Made by a program: the position numbers and the translations under genes. Source: Dehalococcoidia bacterium (lineage in GTDB: Bacteria; Chloroflexota; Dehalococcoidia; Lucifugimonadales; UBA3495). Taken from it: DNA of 64,000 bases. Shown one piece after another: positions 1 to 9,803 of the stretch. Each line of letters begins with the position of its first letter. The first letter of the stretch is position 1. The stretch is taken from contig OZ244811.1 of NCBI GenBank assembly GCA_965220105.1, positions 1,465,046-1,529,045 of the forward strand, read 5' to 3'. Under the pieces are notes generated by a model. It made no database searches. It was not told where the DNA came from and saw nothing but the letters and a program-made list of their open reading frames with translations.

Positions 1-540
1 CCAACGGCGCACTTCCTCCTCATCCAGGTAGCAAACGGCTACATCATCAAAAAAACCGGAGATTTTCAACTCGTTGGCCTGCAACCTCGTCTCGATGGCC
101 ACCATGCACCGTCGGGAGTACAGCGCATGGGTCGGCTCCGGTCGCCCTTCCACCACCGGAACCACGGCGTCCGCGCCCGCCCGCAACCCGGCCATGTGCG
201 CCAGCAGCGGGGCGGAGAGAAAGGGCATATCGCAGGCCACCACCAGGACCCAATCGGTTCGCGCCGAATCGAGGCCCGTGAAAATGCCGCCCAGCGACCC
301 GCAGTCGGTGTAAACATCTACGGCAGTTCGGTGGGAAGAATCCAGCGGCAGCGCATCCCCGCGAGCCGTATCCGCCACCACGACCACCACGTCGGTGGCG
401 CCCACGGCATCGACCGCACGCCGGATCACCCGCCGGATCAGCGGCTCTCCGCCGAAGGGTTCAATTGCTTTGTCCCGGCCCAAACGCCGGCTCTGGCCAC
501 CGGCCAGTATCACGGCGGTAATGTCGGTGTCGTTCGACAT
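1..540 (-). CDS. mobA: Molybdenum cofactor guanylyltransferase (3' end runs off the window)
   Basis: Manual translation from ATG 540: MSNDTDITAVILAGGQSRRLGRDKAIEPFGG...LGGIFTGL...WVLVVACDMPF. Contains the LAGGxSRRxGxDKA and ACDMPF motifs. Open to the window edge, so absent from the ORF track. Confidence 0.85.
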   Translation of the reverse strand, partial: MSNDTDITAVILAGGQSRRLGRDKAIEPFGGEPLIRRVIRRAVDAVGATDVVVVVADTARGDALPLDSSHRTAVDVYTDCGSLGGIFTGLDSARTDWVLVVACDMPFLSAPLLAHMAGLRAGADAVVPVVEGRPEPTHALYSRRCMVAIETRLQANELKISGFFDDVAVCYLDEEEVRRW

Positions 541-688
541 GTCTAAGATGGCTACTCAGTTGGCGTAAGTATAACCCATGCTGGCCCGCTGGCCGAATCG
601 CAACGGCCCGCTGTTCCGGCTCCGTGATACCCTACGGCCCATCACGATCTCGCCAACCCCAAGTCTAACCAGCCACACGGAGCAAATC

Positions 689-1816
689 ATGCCGCGCGCT
701 GCCTTTGTTTACGACGATGCCATGAGCCAGCACGTTCTGCGTCCCGATCACCCCATGCGGCCCATCAGGTTGCGCCACACTTTTGAGTTGCTGGACGCCT
801 ACGGCGCCTTCGATAGCGATGATTCCCTCCTGGTGACGCCGACTCTGGCCGACGAAGCCACCGTGGGCGAGTTTCATTCCCGGGACTACATGGCCGCCGT
901 ACGGACTTTCAGCCTCGGTTTGACCGGTTTCCAGCCCCAGCGGTTCGGCTTTGCCCAGGGCGGCGACAACCCAACCTACCCCGGTATGTACGAAGCCGCC
1001 CTGCTGAGCACCGGCGCGACCCTTACCGCCGCGCGCATGGTCGCCGACGGCGAGGTGTCGGCGGCGTTCAACATAAGCGGCGGACTCCACCACGCCGCCG
1101 CCCGCCAGGCCAGCGGGTTCTGCGTGTTCAACGACCCGGTGGTCGCCATCAAGTACCTGCTGAATCGGGGCCGGCGCGTCGCCTACGTCGACATCGACGC
1201 CCACCACGGCGACGGCGTGCAGGATGCCTTCTACGACGAACCCCGTGTGCTCACCATCTCGGTGCATGAGTCAGGCCAGTATTTGTTCCCGGGCACCGGG
1301 TTTGCCGGCGAAACCGGCGCCGGCGCAGGAGTCGGGTATGCGGTCAACCTGCCCCTGTATCCCTACACGGATGACGACATTTATCTGGACGCTTTTGAGT
1401 CCGTCGTTCCGCCGTTGATTCGGGCCTTCGACCCGGACGTGCTGCTCACCCAGCTCGGCATCGACTCCTACCACACCGACCCGTTGACCCACCTCCAGGT
1501 AACCAGCCGGGGCTTCACTGCGGCGGTGGAATGCCTGGGCGGATTGGGCTACCCCTGGCTCGCTACCGGTGGCGGTGGCTACGACCTGGGCGCGGTGGCT
1601 CGTTGCTGGACGCTGGCCTACGGTGTGATGTGCGGCGCGGAGTGGCCCGACCGCGTTCCCCCGGCTGCCATCGAGCGCCTGGGCCGCAACAACCTGCGGG
1701 ATACCGAAATCCCTGAGATCCCGGCCAACGTCCGCGCCGACGCCCGGGCGCTTGCTGACGAGAGCGTCGCCGCCATCCGCGACGCCGTGTTCCCGGCGCA
1801 CGGCCTCACGCCGTAA
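689..1816 (+). CDS. acuC: Histone deacetylase family / acetoin utilization protein AcuC-like
   Basis: Motifs HPMRPIR, GGLHHA, GFCVFND, DIDAHHGDG, GGGGY. Start moved to ATG 689 (MPRAAFVY), which follows a GGAG RBS. Confidence 0.85.
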   Translation: MPRAAFVYDDAMSQHVLRPDHPMRPIRLRHTFELLDAYGAFDSDDSLLVTPTLADEATVGEFHSRDYMAAVRTFSLGLTGFQPQRFGFAQGGDNPTYPGMYEAALLSTGATLTAARMVADGEVSAAFNISGGLHHAAARQASGFCVFNDPVVAIKYLLNRGRRVAYVDIDAHHGDGVQDAFYDEPRVLTISVHESGQYLFPGTGFAGETGAGAGVGYAVNLPLYPYTDDDIYLDAFESVVPPLIRAFDPDVLLTQLGIDSYHTDPLTHLQVTSRGFTAAVECLGGLGYPWLATGGGGYDLGAVARCWTLAYGVMCGAEWPDRVPPAAIERLGRNNLRDTEIPEIPANVRADARALADESVAAIRDAVFPAHGLTP

Positions 1817-1829
1817 CCTGGCCGGACAC

Positions 1830-2663
1830 CTATTCTTCGGTGCGTTGGCCCAACCTGGGAAGGCATCGCACGGCGGTCGTAATGAAGCCGCTGTGGGCCA
1901 CCATCCGGTGCGCCGGACGCACGCTGCGTCGGGTTACGTTCCAGCCACGCAACAGCGTCTCGGCGGTTTCGACCCGCGCGAAACGTCCATCCGCGTTTAA
2001 CGCCAGCACCAATTCCTGAACTTGCAGAATGGTGGGCAAAAACGACAGCAGGATGCCGCCGGTGATCAGCGCGTCGGCAGCGGCGTTCACCGCCTGCCAC
2101 GGCTCGGGCAGGTCCAGTATCACCCGGTCGACCGGCGCACCCGTGATGCCCTCGAAGATGTCCCCCACCGTCACCTCCAGTTGCGAGGTGTCCGGTATCA
2201 CCGATTTCACGTTGGCCAACGCTTTCGGCACTACCTCGGGATTGATTTCGTAGGAATGGACGCTGCCGGTCGGTCCCACGGCCCGCAGCAGAGCGGTGGT
2301 CAGCGCGCCCGAGCCGAAACCGGCCTCCACCACGCTGGCCCCCGGAAATATGTCGGCCATCGACACGATGTTGCCCAGGTCCTTTGCGTAGATGACCTGC
2401 GGTCCCCGGGGCATCAATCGGACGTAGTCACCCAGCGTGGGGCGTATCCCCAGCAGCACGTGCCCCCGATTGGTGGTGTACCACCCGCCCACCGCCTGCC
2501 CGATGACGGAATCGTGGGGCAACTCGCCGAGATGCGAGTGGAAGCTCCCGCCGTCCTTCAGCGCGTGTTGGTAAGTCCGGCCCTTGCGGTCGATAAAGAG
2601 CGCCAGGTCGCCGTCAACGAAGCGGCCCCGGTCGACAGCATTGGAAGGAGGGTAATCGGGCAT
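1830..2663 (-). CDS. trmI: tRNA (adenine-58 N1)-methyltransferase, GCD14/TrmI family
   Basis: MPRGPQVIYAKD, VVEAGFGSGALT, ILDLPEPW and HSGFI motifs. Confidence 0.85.
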   Translation of the reverse strand: MPDYPPSNAVDRGRFVDGDLALFIDRKGRTYQHALKDGGSFHSHLGELPHDSVIGQAVGGWYTTNRGHVLLGIRPTLGDYVRLMPRGPQVIYAKDLGNIVSMADIFPGASVVEAGFGSGALTTALLRAVGPTGSVHSYEINPEVVPKALANVKSVIPDTSQLEVTVGDIFEGITGAPVDRVILDLPEPWQAVNAAADALITGGILLSFLPTILQVQELVLALNADGRFARVETAETLLRGWNVTRRSVRPAHRMVAHSGFITTAVRCLPRLGQRTEE

Positions 2664-2748
2664 GGTGGTTCATCCCTGGCACACCGCGTTGGCTGCGCCG
2701 GCAGCGACCCCACGGGTGACGATTGGGTTGGTGTATTATACAGGCGTT

Positions 2749-3147
2749 ATGGCCGAACGTATTTTTGACCTGGATGACGCCAACGCGCTGGTGCCCTGGT
2801 TGGAGGAGCGCTTTGCCGCCATGGCGCCAATTCGTTCGCAGCTGGTGGAACGCCAGGAATATCTGTTGACCCTGCTGCGCCACCGCCGGAGCAACGGGCA
2901 TTCCAGCAGCGAAGAGGAAATCGCTGCCGTGGAAAATGAGGTGTCCCGCATTACCCGTCAGCTCCAGGAGGCGGTGGCCGAGATAACCGACGCCGGCATC
3001 CTGGTCCGGGACATCGGCCGGGGCCTGGTTGATTTCCCCGCCCAGCGCGACGGCGACACCGTGTATCTGTGCTGGCTGCGCGGCGAACCGACCATCGAAT
3101 GGTGGCATCCCACCGACACCGGTTTCAGCGGGCGCAGGCCGTTATAA
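2749..3147 (+). CDS. DUF2203 domain protein
   Basis: FDLDDANALVP...GILVRDIGRGLVDFPA...VYLCWLRGEPTIEWWH...GFSGRRPL pattern. Start moved to ATG 2749. Confidence 0.8.
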   Translation: MAERIFDLDDANALVPWLEERFAAMAPIRSQLVERQEYLLTLLRHRRSNGHSSSEEEIAAVENEVSRITRQLQEAVAEITDAGILVRDIGRGLVDFPAQRDGDTVYLCWLRGEPTIEWWHPTDTGFSGRRPL

Positions 3148-3167
3148 CTCGGAGTCCGCCGGCCCGA

Positions 3168-3956
3168 CTACCGGGGCGGAGTTTCGCCGACCTCGCCGCC
3201 GCTGATCTCCAGCAACGCGGCGCGAATCTCATCGGCGTGCACGGCGTAAAAGGTGCCAACCACCCGCCCGCCAGCGTCCGACCCGCGGGCCGCTGCGCGC
3301 ACCATCCCAACCACCTCGCCGGCGGTGTTCAGTACGGGACCCCCGCTGTCGCCAGGATCGACGGCTGCATCCATCTCCAGGTTCCGCCCGTAACTGTCGG
3401 GCCCGAAGCTGGTGATTTGCGACAGTATTCCGGCGTTCGCCTTGGGCGATCCTACCGTCCCCTCGCGTTTCACGCCGCTACCGGAATAACCCAACGCCAG
3501 CAGGTCGCCGGCGATATCCCGGATGGTGGCGTTGCCCAGCGGCAGCGCGTCCGCCCCGGGTGGCAGGTGGGCCGTCTCCACGTCGTAGCGCAGCAACGCC
3601 ACGTCACGGCGCGCGTCAGTGCCCGCCACGTCGGCGGTGAAGGTTGGCGACGTGGACTGCCGAACGATGACCTGTTCTCGCCCCGCCACGACGTGGGCTG
3701 CCGTAACAATGAACCCGGGTTGCAGCAACCAGCCGGTGCCGTGCTGCCCATCGGTCGGGTCGATGTAAAACACTGAAGGCCAAACTTGTTGGTACAGCGA
3801 TTTCAGTCCGGACTCTTCTATTCGGGTTTCGGCGACCGCCGTCCGAACCTCGCCGGAGATTCGGTCGCCGATAGCTGCGTCGGACGGAGCGCACGCGCCG
3901 GCCAGCAGCGCCAATATCGCCGCCACGGCGACCGGTGCGATGCCGATGCGGACCAA
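3168..3956 (-). CDS. Trypsin-like (S1) serine protease, predicted lipoprotein
   Basis: TAAHVV, DVALL and GDSGGP catalytic motifs; signal peptide ending LAGAC. Confidence 0.85.
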   Translation of the reverse strand: MVRIGIAPVAVAAILALLAGACAPSDAAIGDRISGEVRTAVAETRIEESGLKSLYQQVWPSVFYIDPTDGQHGTGWLLQPGFIVTAAHVVAGREQVIVRQSTSPTFTADVAGTDARRDVALLRYDVETAHLPPGADALPLGNATIRDIAGDLLALGYSGSGVKREGTVGSPKANAGILSQITSFGPDSYGRNLEMDAAVDPGDSGGPVLNTAGEVVGMVRAAARGSDAGGRVVGTFYAVHADEIRAALLEISGGEVGETPPR

Positions 3957-3974
3957 TGAATCCGGGGAAATCGG

Positions 3975-5474
3975 CTAGATGAACCGGGCCTGCTCCCGGG
4001 GAGCGTCGGCGTAGTCGATATAGACGGTGATGACCTCGCTGAAGAAGTCCACCGCCTCCACACCCTGCTCCCGCTGGCCCACTCCCGACGCTTTCAGCCC
4101 GCCAAAGGGCAGGTGGACTTCACCGCCCAAAGTGGGAGCGTTGACGTGCACCATCCCGGCGTCCACCGTGTTGATGTAGCGGAAGGCCCGGGGAATGTCC
4201 CGGGTGTATACGGACGAAGACAGGCCGAATTTCACGTTGTTGGAGATTTCCACCGCATGATCCAGGTCCCGGGCCCGGAACACTGTCAGCACCGGCCCGA
4301 ATATCTCCTCCCGTGCGATCCGCATGTCGGGCGCCACGTCGGTGAAGATGGTCGGTTCCACGTACCACCCGTCGTCATAGATCCCGCCGGACAACGTCTG
4401 CCCGCCGTAGGCCAAGGTTGCTCCCTCTGCCCTGCCGGTGGCGATGTATTCCGACACCGTGCGTTGCTGCGACTCGCTGGACAGGGGGCTAATGTCGATG
4501 CCGTCCTCCAGACCGTCGCCAATGGTGAGTTTGGAGGTGCTGTCGAGCAGACGCGCCATGAACTCGTCGTACACGCCATCTTCCACGATGACCCGGCTGG
4601 TCGCCGTGCAGCGCTGGCCGGTGGAGCCGAAAGCGCCCTGCACGATGCCGCCCAATGCCTTGTCCAAGTCGGCATCCGCCAGCAGGATGACGGCGTTCTT
4701 CCCGCCCATTTCGGCCTGCACCTTCTTCAGCAGGGACGCGCCGCGGGTGTAGAGCTCGGTGCCGATCTCCGTGCTGCCGGTGAACGAAATCCCGGTTACG
4801 TCGGGAGATTCCACCAGGGCGTTGCCCACGCTGCCGCCGGGACCGGTGACCAGGTTGAGCACTCCGGGCGGCACGCCGGCCTCTTCAAATACCTCGGTCA
4901 GTTTCACGGCGCTGAGGGGCGTACCCGACGCCGGCTTGAACACGATGGCGTTGCCGCAGATCAGGGCCGGCGCCATCTTCCAGGCCGGTATCGCGATGGG
5001 GAAGTTCCACGGCGTAATGATGCCAACCACGCCCAGCGGTCGCCGCACCGTGTAGGCCACCGTATTGGGCAATTCCGACGGTGTCGTGTAGCCAAACATC
5101 CGCCGACCCTCGCCGGCGGCGTACTCCATGATGTTCATGGCCCGTTTGACCTCGCCGCGCGCGTCGGGCAGCGGCTTGCCTTCCTCCTCGGTTATCGTGC
5201 GGGCGATTTCTTCGGCCCGCCGGTCCATGATCTCCAGGGCCCGGAACAGGACCTGCGCGCGCACCGGCGCGGGAGTGTCCGCCCACGCCGTCGCAGCCTC
5301 GGCCGCCGCAGCCACCGCCCGCAAGGTGTCCTCGGGGTTGGACAACTGGAAATTTCCGAGCAACCGGTCCTTGTGCGCCGGGTTGTACACGGAGTACGTG
5401 CGACCGGAGTCGGAGGGCGTCCATTGCCCGGCGATAAAGTTGTTGTGGGTGCGAACGTCGGCGGCGGTGGTCAT
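3975..5474 (-). CDS. NAD(P)-dependent aldehyde dehydrogenase
   Basis: [34 protein letters not shown] motifs. Confidence 0.95.
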   Translation of the reverse strand: MTTAADVRTHNNFIAGQWTPSDSGRTYSVYNPAHKDRLLGNFQLSNPEDTLRAVAAAAEAATAWADTPAPVRAQVLFRALEIMDRRAEEIARTITEEEGKPLPDARGEVKRAMNIMEYAAGEGRRMFGYTTPSELPNTVAYTVRRPLGVVGIITPWNFPIAIPAWKMAPALICGNAIVFKPASGTPLSAVKLTEVFEEAGVPPGVLNLVTGPGGSVGNALVESPDVTGISFTGSTEIGTELYTRGASLLKKVQAEMGGKNAVILLADADLDKALGGIVQGAFGSTGQRCTATSRVIVEDGVYDEFMARLLDSTSKLTIGDGLEDGIDISPLSSESQQRTVSEYIATGRAEGATLAYGGQTLSGGIYDDGWYVEPTIFTDVAPDMRIAREEIFGPVLTVFRARDLDHAVEISNNVKFGLSSSVYTRDIPRAFRYINTVDAGMVHVNAPTLGGEVHLPFGGLKASGVGQREQGVEAVDFFSEVITVYIDYADAPREQARFI

Positions 5475-5659
5475 CGGGGTGGCGCTCCTAGTGTCAATAT
5501 TGGTCGGCCTATCGCAGAATACTACCCCCGGAACCCGGCGGCAAGTCGGCTGGCTCGGCGCCTGCCGCGTGCGTTACAATGCCGCCCGGTGGGCGGATGC
5601 CGGCGCCACCCCGGCCATCAGGCCGACGTCAAAAGTACGGGAACCGAGAGGTGTTTATT

Positions 5660-5947
5660 ATGGCAGGCTATATCATCGCTAACATTGAGGTCACTGACCC
5701 CGAAATGTTCGAGACCTATCGCGGACAGGTCCCCGCAACCATCGAGAAACACGGCGGCAAATACCTGGTGCGCGGCGGCGACGTTGAGGTCGTAGAAGGC
5801 GACCAGCCCGCCCGCCGCACCGTCGTCCTGGAGTTCGAAAGCCTCGAGAAAGCCCGCGGGTGGTACTTCTCGGATGATTACGCCGGCCCCAGGGAACTCC
5901 GCATCAAATCCACCATCTCCAATGTGATGATAGTTGAAGGAGCCTGA
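5660..5947 (+). CDS. DUF1330 domain protein
   Basis: HGGKYLVRGG...VLEFESLEKARGWYFSDDY pattern; GAGG RBS before ATG 5660. Confidence 0.85.
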   Translation: MAGYIIANIEVTDPEMFETYRGQVPATIEKHGGKYLVRGGDVEVVEGDQPARRTVVLEFESLEKARGWYFSDDYAGPRELRIKSTISNVMIVEGA

Positions 5948-6003
5948 AACCTCGTTTTCCCCGACGGGAGAGGTCTCGGTGGGGGCTGAATACCGGGCCG
6001 GCG

Positions 6004-6453
6004 CTACGCCTCGAAGTCCACTCCGACGCCCACGATTTCCACCTGCATCGAGCGGATGTCCGGCGCAGCGGCGTCAAAGGTGACGCCCACCACCACGTTG
6101 ATACCGCGCTCGACTTCCGGGCCGCCGGGAATTTCAAACTTGCTGTCCAGGTGGTCGCCTTTCAGGCCGAGTCTCTGGTGATCGGCGATAATTTTCTCCC
6201 CGTCGTACACCAGAACCTCTACCAGGTTGGCGTGGGATCGGGCTCGGAAGGCGACCGACACCGACTCCGCCCTGGTGCGGTTACCGTTCTGGACGGTGGG
6301 AGTCGGGATGGCGAAATGCAGCCAGGTGTTCTGGCCTTCGTTACCCTCGATTCGCACGAAGGGCCCACAGTGGCGTATGGACGTTATTCGGTTCAGGTAT
6401 TCTCCGGTCATGGCGGAGCCGTGTACCCAGGAAGTGAATTTTTGACCTGCCAT
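6004..6453 (-). CDS. Hypothetical beta-rich protein (DUF6623-like)
   Basis: GGAGGT RBS before ATG 6453. SWVHG...WLHFAIPTP pattern matches DUF6623 from memory only. Confidence 0.55.
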   Translation of the reverse strand: MAGQKFTSWVHGSAMTGEYLNRITSIRHCGPFVRIEGNEGQNTWLHFAIPTPTVQNGNRTRAESVSVAFRARSHANLVEVLVYDGEKIIADHQRLGLKGDHLDSKFEIPGGPEVERGINVVVGVTFDAAAPDIRSMQVEIVGVGVDFEA

Positions 6454-6485
6454 GGTTAGTACCTCCAGCCGGGTGCTTGTGTCAG

Positions 6486-7055
6486 TTAGGATGCCGTCAT
6501 TATAGCGGAGAGCGTCGGTTGGCGCTTCCCCACCGCCAATTGCTCCATCTCTAACAATCTGGCTTTCACGCCCAGACCGCCGGCGCCGTAACCATGCAGG
6601 CCGCCGCCGCTGCCGATTACCCGGTGGCACGGCACCACCAGGGGCAGCGGGTTTTTCGCCATCGCCTGGCCCGCGGCCCGGGACGCCCGGGGATTGCCGG
6701 CCGCCTCGGCCAGCCAACGATACGACCGGGTCTCGCCGGCGGGAATGCTCCGGCAAGCTTTCCAAGCCGCGCCAAAAAACGGCGGCGCCGTTCCCAGGTC
6801 CAGCTCGATTCCTTCCAGCGCATTGACTTCCCCCGCAAAATACGCGTGGAAGGCGGCCAGGGCGTCGGCGAAGGCGTTGGAGTCCTCAGCCGCCGACCCC
6901 AGCTCTGCGCCGAGCCCGGCCAGCGCCTCTTGAGGCTCCGGTTGCAGGCTGATCCGACGCAATCCCTGCGCCGTGCCCAGTAGCGCCAGCCAACCCACGG
7001 CGCATTCTTCCATGTGGAAATACAGCTCTCTGGAAACGGTTTTGCGATCAGTCAT
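6486..7055 (-). CDS. ogt: Methylated-DNA--protein-cysteine methyltransferase
   Basis: IPAGETRSY, RAAGQA and PLVVPCHRVI active-site motif. Confidence 0.92.
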   Translation of the reverse strand: MTDRKTVSRELYFHMEECAVGWLALLGTAQGLRRISLQPEPQEALAGLGAELGSAAEDSNAFADALAAFHAYFAGEVNALEGIELDLGTAPPFFGAAWKACRSIPAGETRSYRWLAEAAGNPRASRAAGQAMAKNPLPLVVPCHRVIGSGGGLHGYGAGGLGVKARLLEMEQLAVGKRQPTLSAIMTAS

Positions 7056-7058
7056 GCG

Positions 7059-7112
7059 TTGGTCCTTGCCAGCAAGTTGGTTCTTGCCAGCAAGTTGGTT
7101 CTTGCCAGCAAG
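7059..7112. repeat. 18-bp tandem repeat x3 (TTGGTYCTTGCCAGCAAG) plus a degenerate fourth copy, immediately upstream of ogt
   Basis: Copies at 7059, 7077 and 7095; degenerate TTAGTCCTTCCC at 7113. Confidence 0.95.
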
Positions 7113-7224
7113 TTAGTCCTTCCCTGCTCATGGGGACGTGCGGTTGTGCAGCATGTTGAACCCGAACCACGTCTGGCGGTCAACCACCCGGTGTCATCTC
7201 CGGGTGCCCATCGACCGGGCTGCA

Positions 7225-9765
7225 TCAGGATTCTCTTCGGCGCAGTGCGTACAGCGCCAACGGTCCCCGCAAGCTGGCCCATGCCGGCCCCAGATGCTCT
7301 CCCCGGTCACTGGCTGTGCCGTCGCGACCGGCATAGATGTGGCGGGCGTAGGCGTCAACGATGGCCACCACCGCTTGACGTTGTTCCGGTATCACGGCGG
7401 TGATGTTCGCGCCCCATTGGTGCGGAGTCTGGTGGGGTCGCGGTCCCAACGACGCGACACGACTGAGGCGCTGCAAACGGCGGTAGGCGGTTCGCACGTC
7501 CTTTGGTGTAGCCAGCATCCAACGCCATCCGGTCCACGCTGCCGCCACCAGTATCAGCGCCGCGCCTCCGAAACCGCTTGCCCAGGGCAGCGCGTTCCGC
7601 AGGTTGAACAGCCAGACCGGGCCGTCCAGGTCGGCCAACGGGAGCGCGTCGTCGCCGAGCAACTGGTCGAAATCTTCGCATTCTTCCTCGATTTCGCAGA
7701 TGAATTCATCGTCCGCCGACGAGGACAGATTGGCGCCATCGCGATTGGCCGCCTCTTCCGGCGGAATGGGTATGGGGATGGACTTGCCCGGGGTGGGCTC
7801 AAATGGAATCCAACCGTAACCGTTGAAGTACACCTCAGACCAGCCATGGCTGTGGTGGTCGGCCACTACGTATAACTCGGAGTCGGGCACCCGGCTGCCC
7901 ACGGTGTACCCGGTTGCCATGCGGGCGGGAATCCCGATACTCCGCATCAGCACGGTCATCGCTGACCCGAAATATTCGCTGTAACCTTCCCGACTCTCGA
8001 AAAGGAAGTGGTCGACGCCGTCCGACCCGAACGGAGGCGGTTCGATGGCCAGATTGTAGGCGTAGTTCGTCTTTAGGTATCTTTCCACTGCCTTGGCCTT
8101 GTCGTAGGGGCTTTCGGCGTTCGCGGTGACCTGGCGGGCCAACTCGCCGATTCGGTACGGCGTATCCGGCGGGAGCTGGGTATATCGAGTCCAGACCCAC
8201 GGGGCGTACTCGTCGCCCGCCGTCCGCAGATCGTCCGGCGTGGCGTTGGACACTGCCGTGGTTACCTGGTACGGCGCACCCGACTCAGCGACCCCGCGGG
8301 ACGTTCGCACCGATAGCACGTCCGGTTGCGCCGGCACGGTCTCCGCTACCTCGGCCCGCAGCACGGCTCCATCCTGGTCTCGCTCCACCGATTCCAGCAA
8401 GAACGACGTTGGCAACGACGCGGCGATGGCCTGGTTCGATGCGTCGCTGGTTTCCGAAACCGCCGCACGCACTCCTTCTACCGTCTCCGCCAGCGTGGTC
8501 GGCAGATTATCGGTCGACCCGCCCACATGCGGGTCAATCACATACTTGGGCGAATCGAAGGTCTCGATGCGAATGTCCCGGTTCGATCCGATGGCCTGGC
8601 CGCCGGCGAACACGCTGCGGCTGTTGTATTTCGGCACCACCTCAAATGTGACATTGAAACGCTTCTGCTCGGGACTGGGTGCGCTGTACTCGGGTTGCCA
8701 GCCCGGTTCCTGCAGCACCGTTCCTTCCGAGATCCAACCTTCGTGGGTGTACGTGGCATAGGAGCGCGCCTTCCAGTACATGGGTACTGGAGAATTTACC
8801 TGCAACACCGGCGTGTCGGTAGGGTTGATCGTCCCCTGGAACGCCATGGCGTCCCCCCAGATGCGGTACGGCAGCGGCCGGCGGGCCGGCAGCCCGGCGA
8901 ACAGACGGTTGAAATCCTCCTCCCACGTGACCAGCGGCGTGCGCGTAACGGAATAAAATGCGTTGGCCGGTCCCCACTGCCCGCCGATTGGCAGCAGGAA
9001 CGCAATCAGCAGCGCCACCAGCGCCACCAGCGCCGTGTCGCTCATCGTCAGTATGCCCAGGTGCCCGTCGTAGATTCGGCCCTCCCGATCCCAACGCTGT
9101 CTCGCCCGCACCGACTGCACCCATCCGACCAGCAACAGGCCGGTGAACAGATACATGGCCAGGTATACGCTGGCGTTTTCCGGCAGGAACGTCAGGTTGG
9201 ACAGCAGCCCGACCGTGCCCAGCGCAAAAACCCCCCAGAACGTTCGGTACCGAAAGAACACCCAGCCCCCCAGGAATCCCGACACCCAGGCGGCAATCAT
9301 CATGCCCACCGCGAAGGGCAGCGGGTCCACGCTGATGCCGTCGTTGCGGGCGGCGAAGAGCCACATCCCCAGTCGTTCGAAGAGCTGCCCCGAGGTTTCG
9401 ATTTTCAACGCGGCGGGCGCTGCCGCAGTCATGAACCAGATGATCACACCGATCCCGATGAGGATTCCCAGCGGGAGCAGGAACGCAGCCCAAAACCTGA
9501 TCCGCGAAAGAACCAGCGCCGTCAGCAGGGACAGCAGCATGGTTCCCACCAGCGAAGGGGTGGGCGCCCAGTCGGCCACTTCCACCGACCACACGACGAT
9601 CACCAAGTTGAACGCCAGGAACATCGAGCTCAGCCACCCGTCGGGAGGACGCAGCGCCGCGAGCAACGCCAGTAGCCGGTTCGACCACGGCGTGCTGCCC
9701 GTTCCGGGTTCGGCCGGTCGACGGGGCAATGCCGTCGCAGACGCGGTGGGTGTTGCCGTCACCAT
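7225..9765 (-). CDS. Membrane transglutaminase-like protein (TgpA/DUF3488 + Transglut_core)
   Basis: Multiple N-terminal hydrophobic helices; GYSEYF...LMRSIGIPARMATGY, HGWSEVY and WIPFEPTP. Lies downstream of DUF58 and MoxR. Confidence 0.88.
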   Translation of the reverse strand: MVTATPTASATALPRRPAEPGTGSTPWSNRLLALLAALRPPDGWLSSMFLAFNLVIVVWSVEVADWAPTPSLVGTMLLSLLTALVLSRIRFWAAFLLPLGILIGIGVIIWFMTAAAPAALKIETSGQLFERLGMWLFAARNDGISVDPLPFAVGMMIAAWVSGFLGGWVFFRYRTFWGVFALGTVGLLSNLTFLPENASVYLAMYLFTGLLLVGWVQSVRARQRWDREGRIYDGHLGILTMSDTALVALVALLIAFLLPIGGQWGPANAFYSVTRTPLVTWEEDFNRLFAGLPARRPLPYRIWGDAMAFQGTINPTDTPVLQVNSPVPMYWKARSYATYTHEGWISEGTVLQEPGWQPEYSAPSPEQKRFNVTFEVVPKYNSRSVFAGGQAIGSNRDIRIETFDSPKYVIDPHVGGSTDNLPTTLAETVEGVRAAVSETSDASNQAIAASLPTSFLLESVERDQDGAVLRAEVAETVPAQPDVLSVRTSRGVAESGAPYQVTTAVSNATPDDLRTAGDEYAPWVWTRYTQLPPDTPYRIGELARQVTANAESPYDKAKAVERYLKTNYAYNLAIEPPPFGSDGVDHFLFESREGYSEYFGSAMTVLMRSIGIPARMATGYTVGSRVPDSELYVVADHHSHGWSEVYFNGYGWIPFEPTPGKSIPIPIPPEEAANRDGANLSSSADDEFICEIEEECEDFDQLLGDDALPLADLDGPVWLFNLRNALPWASGFGGAALILVAAAWTGWRWMLATPKDVRTAYRRLQRLSRVASLGPRPHQTPHQWGANITAVIPEQRQAVVAIVDAYARHIYAGRDGTASDRGEHLGPAWASLRGPLALYALRRRES

Positions 9766-9803
9766 GGTCAGTAGTCCAGTTGCCTAACCAGCATTACCAT
9801 GCG

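Noticed and set aside
4113-5795. Long antisense ORFs (also 8326-9675, 17567-19345, 42023-44191, 44289-46349, 50924-52435, 53369-54856, 59835-60854)
   Set aside because: They are shadows of well-supported genes on the opposite strand, expected from high-GC codon usage, and show no family motifs.
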